A stretch of 64,000 nt of DNA from Candidatus Moraniibacteriota bacterium (GTDB taxonomy: Bacteria > Patescibacteriota > Minisyncoccia > Moranbacterales > UBA1568). Location of the stretch: positions 780,020-844,019 of the forward strand of contig JAQTYF010000001.1 in the NCBI GenBank assembly GCA_028688415.1, written 5' to 3'. The notes beneath the pieces are model-generated. The model saw nothing but the letters and a program-made list of their open reading frames with translations, searched no databases and was not told where the DNA came from. Position 1 is the stretch's first letter; each line of letters opens with the position of its first letter. A program made the translations under genes and the position numbers. Below, piece after piece: positions 58,172 to 64,000 of this stretch.

Positions 58172-59317
58172 ATGAAATATATTTTCCGCTTCCTTTTTTT
58201 GATGATTGCTCTCGTCATTGGGAGTGTTTCGGTGTCTGCAAAAAATACAGTGACACCTGAAGCAACGCTGTCTTTCTTTCAATCGGTTATACCAATAACC
58301 GTATCACCTTCTATTCCGACTGTTTTTGAAATGCCGATTACCGACCCAGCGTTTCGAGACAGAGACTTTGCTCTCTACGAAGAAACAACTCAGACATTTC
58401 AACCAGCATTCTATAGGGAAAAAAGGACACCTTTACAGTTTTCTCTCCAGAGCGACAGTGCTATTGGTGCAGGGTCTCTCTCTGCACTGACAGATGGACT
58501 CGATACTTTTGTGGAATTTCCCGTGTCTCTTTCGACAGAAGAGAATAGTGTGACAATCGATTTTCGATCAGAACAATTGTCGACGCTCTCTGGTATCGTG
58601 TTGATACGTGAGCCGTATGGAGCATTACCGAAAACAGTGGAAATTAGCAGAGTAGATGCAGATGGAACACCTCAAATCGTTTTGGCTCGTACAAACGTTT
58701 CTGATCAAACAATTCGTTTTTTGAAAACAACGAGTGATCATTTCCGTATTTCTCTCGGATACAATCAGCCACTTCGTTTGCAGGAAATCAGTTTCTTCAA
58801 CGAAGAAATGCTCAATCTCGAAGAACGATCAATTCGTTTCCTCGCTCGTCCGGGAGAAAAATACGCACTCTATTTTCGTGCGGATCGTCCGTTCTTTTTG
58901 TCTTTTCGTGAGGAACCAAACCTCATCTCTGATAAAGACATACAAAAAGTAGCTCAAGGTACGGTCATAGTGAATACTCTTTATCTGCCTGCTGATATGG
59001 ATGGAGACAGCGTCATAGATGAACGAGATAATTGTATCAATGATGCGAATACTGATCAGCGAGATGAAAACACGAATGGAAGAGGTGATGTGTGCGATGA
59101 TTATGATCGGGACAGTGTCATCAATAGTGAGGACAATTGCCCGTCTCATCCCAATCTCAACCAGCGAGATACAGATAACGATGGGAAGGGTGATGTCTGT
59201 GATGGAGAAGAGAGTCGTGTCACAGAGCGTTATGCGTGGCTTCCTTGGCTTGTGATGGGAATAGGCGTACTTGTTGTCGGAGGGCTTTTTGTCGCTACGA
59301 TACGAGGCAAGAAATAA
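58172..59317 (+). CDS. secreted protein with thrombospondin type-3-like calcium-binding repeats and a C-terminal TM anchor
   Basis: Signal peptide; repeated D.D.DG..D..DNC motifs (DMDGDSVIDERDNC, DRDSVINSEDNC, DTDNDGKGDVCD); RGD; C-terminal helix WLPWLVMGIGVLVVGGLFVA. Confidence 0.55.
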   Translation: MKYIFRFLFLMIALVIGSVSVSAKNTVTPEATLSFFQSVIPITVSPSIPTVFEMPITDPAFRDRDFALYEETTQTFQPAFYREKRTPLQFSLQSDSAIGAGSLSALTDGLDTFVEFPVSLSTEENSVTIDFRSEQLSTLSGIVLIREPYGALPKTVEISRVDADGTPQIVLARTNVSDQTIRFLKTTSDHFRISLGYNQPLRLQEISFFNEEMLNLEERSIRFLARPGEKYALYFRADRPFFLSFREEPNLISDKDIQKVAQGTVIVNTLYLPADMDGDSVIDERDNCINDANTDQRDENTNGRGDVCDDYDRDSVINSEDNCPSHPNLNQRDTDNDGKGDVCDGEESRVTERYAWLPWLVMGIGVLVVGGLFVATIRGKK

Positions 59318-59417
59318 AGAAGAAAAAGAGTTTCTGAAAGTGTATCTTCTTGTTTTCAAAGGAAATGAGAGTATACTGGAAGTAATAAATATCGTGTTAA
59401 TTTATAACCATAATTTT

Positions 59418-59969
59418 ATGGCAGACAATATGTCACAGGGCGAAACAGGCGCTTCAGAAGAACACCATGATGAGTCGAAACAATCGGGTGCAAGTACTAT
59501 GCAGGCAGATATCAAGGGTCTGGTTGGTCCGCTTGAAGCAATACTTGATGAGTATATGGTGAGCAAGGCACCTTTTGCGCTTCCTCTCGGAATAAAGGAA
59601 TTCATTGTTACTGTTTCTCCATACCTCGTGATCATCTCTGTTATTTTTGCCCTCCCGCTTCTTTTGGGGGCACTCGGTCTTGGTGCGATAATGACACCGC
59701 TTGGTATGATGGCTGGTGGTTGGGGATTTGGCTGGGGTTTCAATCATATTGTTTCTTTGGTCGTGACCATAGCAACCATTCTGATACAGGCGTTTGCTGT
59801 ACCAGGATTGTTCAAGCGTACGAGTGCGTCATGGAGACTGCTTTTCTATGCAAGCATTGTGAGTTTGATAGGAAGTGTTCTTTCCGTATATGGTATTGTC
59901 GGAGGTATTATTGGAGCAATTATTTCTTGGTATATCCTCTTCCAATTGAAGGATATGTACAAAAACTAG
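59418..59969 (+). CDS. hypothetical membrane protein
   Basis: About 5 TM helices. Start chosen at the internal Met; the ORF extends to 59271. Confidence 0.4.
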   Translation: MADNMSQGETGASEEHHDESKQSGASTMQADIKGLVGPLEAILDEYMVSKAPFALPLGIKEFIVTVSPYLVIISVIFALPLLLGALGLGAIMTPLGMMAGGWGFGWGFNHIVSLVVTIATILIQAFAVPGLFKRTSASWRLLFYASIVSLIGSVLSVYGIVGGIIGAIISWYILFQLKDMYKN

Positions 59970-60007
59970 GGAAGCTTGTAGCTTTTTAGCTTGTAGGAGG
60001 AATTGAG

Positions 60008-60038
60008 AAAAACAGGGGGTTGGCCCCTGTTTTTATTT
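60008..60038. terminator. bidirectional hairpin terminator
   Basis: aaaaacagggg-gttgg-cccctgttttt. Confidence 0.6.
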
Positions 60039-60170
60039 TGTAAATATGTTTACCCCGTTAGAGAATACTTTGTTTCACTCACAGAGGTGTTTATAGGCAC
60101 AAAATGTAAATTTATCGTTCGTTAAAGTTCTCTAACGGGGCTAGCACAAGCCACAATAATCATAATGTAG

Positions 60171-60199
60171 TTGACAGAAATGTATTTTTGGTGTATAAT
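60171..60199 (+). promoter_or_regulatory. consensus sigma70 promoter for the small lipoprotein gene
   Basis: TTGACA, 17-nt spacer, TATAAT. An 80-nt leader contains an aggattc-ctgtt-gaatcct hairpin and a GAGGAG ribosome-binding site. Confidence 0.55.
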
Positions 60200-60282
60200 G
60201 TACTGTTATGAAGATAATGTATTTTCGTAGCAATATCAGTCAGGATTCCTGTTCGAATCCTTCACAACTCGAGGAGTAGTGT

Positions 60283-60543
60283 ATGTCACGTTTTTTCATT
60301 TTTTTGTTCTTTTCACTATCATTGATCTCTGGTTGTGCCTACCGCACGATCCATGTAGTCAACCCCGATGGGTCTCAGACGACAACATCTGAGACCGTGT
60401 ATGCACCTTCGCCGGTGTATGTCGATCCTTATTACTCTCCTCGGTATTATCGTGGTAACGATATACGATATCGACGAGACTACAAGGTGTGCTGGTACGA
60501 GCATCGTCGCGAGGGGTATCCGCCGGTGCTAATGTGCCGGTAA
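60283..60543 (+). CDS. small lipoprotein (Tyr/Arg-rich)
   Basis: Lipobox LISGC after the signal peptide; 86 aa. Confidence 0.5.
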   Translation: MSRFFIFLFFSLSLISGCAYRTIHVVNPDGSQTTTSETVYAPSPVYVDPYYSPRYYRGNDIRYRRDYKVCWYEHRREGYPPVLMCR

Positions 60544-60692
60544 GAGGTGGGACTGAACGCGGTCGCCACTTTTCCAGAGGCTCATTTCAGAAGAGAAATT
60601 TTTCTTCTATGAAATGAGCCTCTTTTCTTTTCCCTCCGATGCATTTTTGCGTTATACTATAGAGGCATACAATATTTGAATAAAAGAAAAAT

Positions 60693-62120
60693 ATGAAACA
60701 AACAAAAATCGTCGCCACGATCGGACCCGCATCAGAATCCAAAGAGATGTTACGGAAAATGATACTTGCAGGAATGAATGTGGTGCGTCTCAATTTCTCA
60801 CACGGTGCATACGAGTGGCACAAAGCAGTCATCGACAGAGTTCGCGAACTCTCTCTTGAGATGCATGTACCGATTGCTATTTTGGCTGATATTCAGGGAC
60901 CGCGGATTCGCACGGAAGTAAAAGAAGAGATTGTTCTCGTAAAAGGGGATCGTATTCGTTTGAGTGATATTGCCAAGAAAGAAGTTCTCGCAGACTCAGA
61001 ATATCCGACAGCGCTTCTTGATATGGCCGGTATGATCGATGGTGTGGATGTCAATCACAGCATTCTTATTGAAGATGGCACAATGGAGCTCGTGGTACGA
61101 GAAAAAGGAGCTGATTTTGTTCTTGCAGAGGCAAAAAATGACGGAGTGATCAAGAACCGAAAGGGCGTCACTCTTCCTGATTCGCATCTCGAACTTTCTA
61201 TTCTTTCAGAAAAAGACAGAAATGATGTGCGGTTTGTTGTGGAACAGGAAGTGGATTATATCGGACTGTCATTTGTTGGATCAGCGAGAGATATTGCAGA
61301 AGTACGTGAGCTCATACAAAATGTCATTTCAGAAGGATCTCCTGTTCCGAAAATTGTTTCCAAGATCGAACGCAAAGAAGCAATAAGAAATCTCACTGAA
61401 ATTATAAAAGGAAGTGATGCGGTGATGGTGGCGCGAGGAGATCTCGGTATCGAGATGCCAGAGAGTGAAGTTGCTATTTTGCAAAAGCAAATTATTGCGG
61501 AGAGTTTGCGAGCAGCCAAGCCAGTGATTGTTGCTACTCAAATGCTCAAGAGCATGACAGAAAATCCTCGTCCGACACGTGCCGAAGTCTCCGATGTGTC
61601 CAATGCGGTCATCGATCATGCGGATGCTGTGATGCTCTCCGAAGAATCCGCGATGGGTAAATATCCTGTGGAAGCCATTGCTATGATGGCGGAGATTATA
61701 GAGAAAACAGAAGAATCACCATTCGATGATATGTATAAGACGCTCAATGTGAATTTTCAGAGTGAGACAGCAACGATGATGAGAAGTGTATACGAGCTGG
61801 CAAAAAGCTTCCATGTTCAAGCAATCCTTTTGTTTTCGGTGAGTGGGCATGCTGCCAAACTCCTCTCTCATTTTCGTCCCGAGAACAAAATATTTGTTGC
61901 TACCAAGAGCCGCAATACCTACAATGAATTGGCTCTCGTATGGGGTGTGAATCCATATGTCTTCGAAAACGATGAAGAAACAGAAGATTTCATTACTCAT
62001 TTGATGGAGGTGACAAAGAATGACGGAAAACTTATGAGTGGAGATCAGGTGGTGATATTTCACGGACGAACAAAACAGGAAGATAACATGAAACTTGTCG
62101 GAATCAAAGAAATACGATAG
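60693..62120 (+). CDS. pyk: pyruvate kinase
   Basis: N-terminal TKIVATIGPAS...MNVVRLNFSHG; 475 aa. Confidence 0.9.
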   Translation: MKQTKIVATIGPASESKEMLRKMILAGMNVVRLNFSHGAYEWHKAVIDRVRELSLEMHVPIAILADIQGPRIRTEVKEEIVLVKGDRIRLSDIAKKEVLADSEYPTALLDMAGMIDGVDVNHSILIEDGTMELVVREKGADFVLAEAKNDGVIKNRKGVTLPDSHLELSILSEKDRNDVRFVVEQEVDYIGLSFVGSARDIAEVRELIQNVISEGSPVPKIVSKIERKEAIRNLTEIIKGSDAVMVARGDLGIEMPESEVAILQKQIIAESLRAAKPVIVATQMLKSMTENPRPTRAEVSDVSNAVIDHADAVMLSEESAMGKYPVEAIAMMAEIIEKTEESPFDDMYKTLNVNFQSETATMMRSVYELAKSFHVQAILLFSVSGHAAKLLSHFRPENKIFVATKSRNTYNELALVWGVNPYVFENDEETEDFITHLMEVTKNDGKLMSGDQVVIFHGRTKQEDNMKLVGIKEIR

Positions 62121-62132
62121 AATCATACTTCA

Positions 62133-62405
62133 GTGAATAAAAAGCAAATGTATTACGTTTATGTTCTTCAAAGTAAGAAAAATAAACGCCTTTATAAAGG
62201 CGTAACAAATGATTTAAAACGAAGATTGAAAGAACATAATAGTGGAAATGTTCCTTTTACGAAAAATTTAATGCCTTGGGAATTGATATATTATGAAGCG
62301 TTTCAGAATAAAGAAGATGCAAATAGAGAAGAAAAGTTTTTAAAAAGTGGAAAAGGGAGAGATCGAATAAAGTGGTTATTGAAAAGTGTACTTGAGGAAA
62401 AATAA
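62133..62405 (+). CDS. GIY-YIG nuclease-family small protein
   Basis: YYVYVLQSKKNKRLYKGVTNDLKRRLKEHN matches the GIY-YIG signature. Confidence 0.65.
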   Translation: MNKKQMYYVYVLQSKKNKRLYKGVTNDLKRRLKEHNSGNVPFTKNLMPWELIYYEAFQNKEDANREEKFLKSGKGRDRIKWLLKSVLEEK

Positions 62406-62409
62406 GAAT

Positions 62410-62460
62410 GGAAAGGTGGCCCCAGCCCAAGGCTGGTCCGCCTTGGGCGGAGAGTGGTTG
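62410..62460 (+). pseudogene. truncated tRNA-Ser-like 5' fragment carrying the 30-nt D-loop insertion
   Basis: GGAAAGGTGGCC, then ccagcccaaggctggtccgccttgggcgga, then GAGTGGTTG, then the sequence breaks off. Confidence 0.45.
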
Positions 62461-62469
62461 TAGACATAT

Positions 62470-62554
62470 GGAAAGGTGGCCGAGTGGTTGAAGGTACTCG
62501 CTTGGAAAGCGAGCATACCGAAAGGTATCGAGGGTTCGAATCCCTCCCTTTCCT
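62470..62554 (+). tRNA. tRNA-Ser (anticodon GGA)
   Basis: Manual fold: acceptor GGAAAGG/CCTTTCC, D-arm GCC-GAGTGGTTGAA-GGT, anticodon loop TTGGAAA, long variable arm, T-loop TTCGAAT. Confidence 0.8.
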
Positions 62555-62563
62555 CAGAGTAAA

Positions 62564-62678
62564 TAAAAGGTGGTCCCAGCCCAAGGCTGGTCCGCCTTGG
62601 GCGGAGAGTGGTTGAAGGTACTCGCTTGGAAAGCGAGCATACCGAAAGGTATCGAGGGTTCGAATCCCTCTCCTTCCT
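62564..62678 (+). pseudogene. tRNA-Ser-derived pseudo-copy with the 30-nt D-loop insertion
   Basis: Identical to tRNA-Ser through the anticodon arm, variable arm and T-arm. Has the 30-nt insertion in the D-loop. Acceptor strands (TAAAAGG versus TCCTTCC) cannot pair. Confidence 0.5.
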
Positions 62679-62687
62679 CAGAGTAAA

Positions 62688-62802
62688 TAAAAGGTGGCCC
62701 CAGCCCAAGGCTGGTCCGCCTTGGGCGGAGAGTGGTTGAAGGTACTCGCTTGGAAAGCGAGCATACCGAAAGGTATCGAGGGTTCGAATCCCTCTCCTTC
62801 CT
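62688..62802 (+). pseudogene. tRNA-Ser-derived pseudo-copy with the 30-nt D-loop insertion (second copy)
   Basis: Near-identical to 62564-62678. Confidence 0.5.
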
Positions 62803-62966
62803 CAATGAACATAGTGAATAGAGGTGAGAAGAAAGCAAACTTCCGCCAGCTGGCGGATGGCTTTCGTGAGGGATGAGAAAGACGGAGTGATGTTTCGTGA
62901 GTACACGAAACCACGAGTCAGGGTCGTGGAAATTTATGAGCGTCGGCGAATAAATTATCCCTGACC

Positions 62967-62985
62967 GAATCCCTCTCCTTCCTCA
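62967..62985 (+). repeat. isolated copy of the tRNA-Ser-like 3' end
   Basis: GAATCCCTCTCCTTCCTCA, identical to the 3' ends of the two pseudo-copies; lies 160 bp downstream of the array. Confidence 0.45.
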
Positions 62986-62990
62986 TCAGA

Positions 62991-63024
62991 AAAAAGCAGA
63001 CCATTTTATAGGTCTGCTTTTTTT
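62991..63024 (+). terminator. rho-independent terminator ending the tRNA array transcript
   Basis: gcagacc-attttata-ggtctgc plus a T-run. Confidence 0.6.
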
Positions 63025-63141
63025 ATAATGTGAATGAAAGAGGAATTTCTTAAACTTTCTCGTCCAAACCCCTGCTTTTCTTTGACTTCTAGAGACAATG
63101 ATGGTATACCGTGAGTTACGTAGTACATTTCCAAACTAAAG

Positions 63142-63687
63142 TTGAAAGGAAAAAACATGGGTAACAATCTGTTTCTGTACCTCTGTACTCACCTGAATTT
63201 GTTTCGTTATACAGCCACAAAATGTGGTCATCGTACAAAGCAAAATGGTTCGGTATCTGCATTTGGGCGTACCATTACCACTGAAATGCCGAAAAACGAA
63301 AATGGTTCGGTTGATTATTGCCTTGATTGCATTGGCAAAATGGCAATCCGTTGTGCGTGGTGCGGTGAACCAATTTTTATTGGCGATCCAGTCACCCTCT
63401 ATTCGCCGCCGATGAAAGAATTTCAAATTCCTCAGTATGCGGTCATCTATAGCGAAGTTCCATTGCGATTCATTGGTTGTCTCGGCTGGGACTGCGCTGA
63501 CACCGGAGCCGATCGATCTGGTTTCTGGTTGCCTGATGAAAATGGTAAGGGTTTTGTTTATCGAGTGCCTACCATCTACGAAAAAATATTTGAAACAAAA
63601 GGATCTCCCGTGATGATCATCGATGACCTCGGTGATAGAAGGGAGACTATGAGCTTCCGTTCTGTTCGAAGACCAGAAATGAAATAA
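63142..63687 (+). CDS. hypothetical Cys-rich protein
   Basis: CGH...CLDCIGK...CAWCGEP...CLGWDC cysteine clusters; local GC is higher than surrounding DNA. Confidence 0.35.
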   Translation: MKGKNMGNNLFLYLCTHLNLFRYTATKCGHRTKQNGSVSAFGRTITTEMPKNENGSVDYCLDCIGKMAIRCAWCGEPIFIGDPVTLYSPPMKEFQIPQYAVIYSEVPLRFIGCLGWDCADTGADRSGFWLPDENGKGFVYRVPTIYEKIFETKGSPVMIIDDLGDRRETMSFRSVRRPEMK

Positions 63688-63745
63688 TTTTCAATGGCCT
63701 GTATGATTTGAGAGCTGACACAATACACTGTCAGCTCTTTTCTTT

Positions 63746-64000
63746 TTATAAATGTTTCTTCCCCCACGTATTGAGCGCACAGATGAGAGGGGCAAGACTC
63801 TTCCCTTTACGACTGAGAGTGTATTCTACTTTAGGAGGGATGGTCGGATAGACTTTTCGTGTGACGAGTTCGTGTTGTTCGAGTTCACGAAGAGACTGAA
63901 TAAGCATTTTTTCGCTGATTTTCGGAACAAGCTTTTTGAGCTCTCCATAGCGCTTTTTTCCACTTCCGAGATGCCAGATAAGAATCGTCTTCCATTTCCC
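63746..64000 (-). CDS. HxlR-family (MarR-like winged-helix) transcriptional regulator, N-terminus beyond the window
   Basis: Manual translation of the minus strand gives ...GKWKTILIWHLGSGKKRYGELKKLVPKISEKMLIQSLRELEQHELVTRKVYPTIPPKVEYTLSRKG... Confidence 0.55.
   Translation of the reverse strand, partial: GKWKTILIWHLGSGKKRYGELKKLVPKISEKMLIQSLRELEQHELVTRKVYPTIPPKVEYTLSRKGKSLAPLICALNTWGKKHL

Noticed and set aside
62406-62804. Tandem repeats considered as a CRISPR array
   Set aside because: Units are about 115 nt, near-identical and tRNA-derived, with no unique spacers and no cas genes.

Overview
This 64 kb window comes from a low-GC, gene-dense bacterial chromosome and includes the replication origin neighbourhood. 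It carries rpmH-rnpA-yidC-jag on one strand, then dnaA, DnaA boxes and dnaN on the other. The gene content resembles a small-genome, CPR/Patescibacteria-like lineage, but that is inference, not verified.

Most of the window is housekeeping:
- Start of window: rbfA, nrnA and a family-4 uracil-DNA glycosylase.
- A cluster of six tRNA genes at about 2.5-5.1 kb.
- rplS, rluD, a D-2-hydroxyacid dehydrogenase, a peroxiredoxin and a superoxide dismutase.
- The class I ribonucleotide reductase genes nrdA and nrdB.
- A surface-glycan module with two Wzy_C/O-antigen-ligase-like membrane proteins, two GT2 glycosyltransferases and a MOP flippase.
- A class A penicillin-binding protein (PBP1A).
- ruvC with yebC, ruvB, and separately ruvA.
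- A roughly 1000-aa tandem-duplicated PilB/GspE ATPase.
- tsaE, polA, fpg, holA and rpsT.
- femAB-like and murE-like cell-wall genes, lemA with htpX, and pyruvate kinase.
- A tRNA-Ser array near the end of the window.

The most unusual items are:
1. A tandem cluster at 29.3-34.7 kb of three ATP-grasp amidoligases (one RimK-type, two alpha-L-glutamate-ligase-like). One is fused to a retropepsin-like domain. The cluster also holds a 7TM membrane protein and a convergent DUF1704/MATCAP-like HExxxH metallopeptidase. Together these look like a system that adds and removes peptide tails on some substrate.
2. A tRNA(CAT) gene split in the anticodon loop by a roughly 610-nt group I intron. The P, Q, R and S core elements are recognisable. 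An HNH endonuclease gene lies inside the intron on the opposite strand.
3. A tRNA-Ser(GGA) gene embedded in a tandem array of pseudo-copies that share an identical 30-nt two-hairpin insertion in the D-loop. In addition, partial duplications of tRNA 3' ends lie next to tRNA-Gly, tRNA-Phe and the Ser array.
4. A roughly 36-nt GC-rich element present once in an intergenic region and once in-frame inside polA, where it adds 12 amino acids just before motif A.

No CRISPR array was seen. RNase P RNA, tmRNA and SRP RNA were looked for but not recognised.
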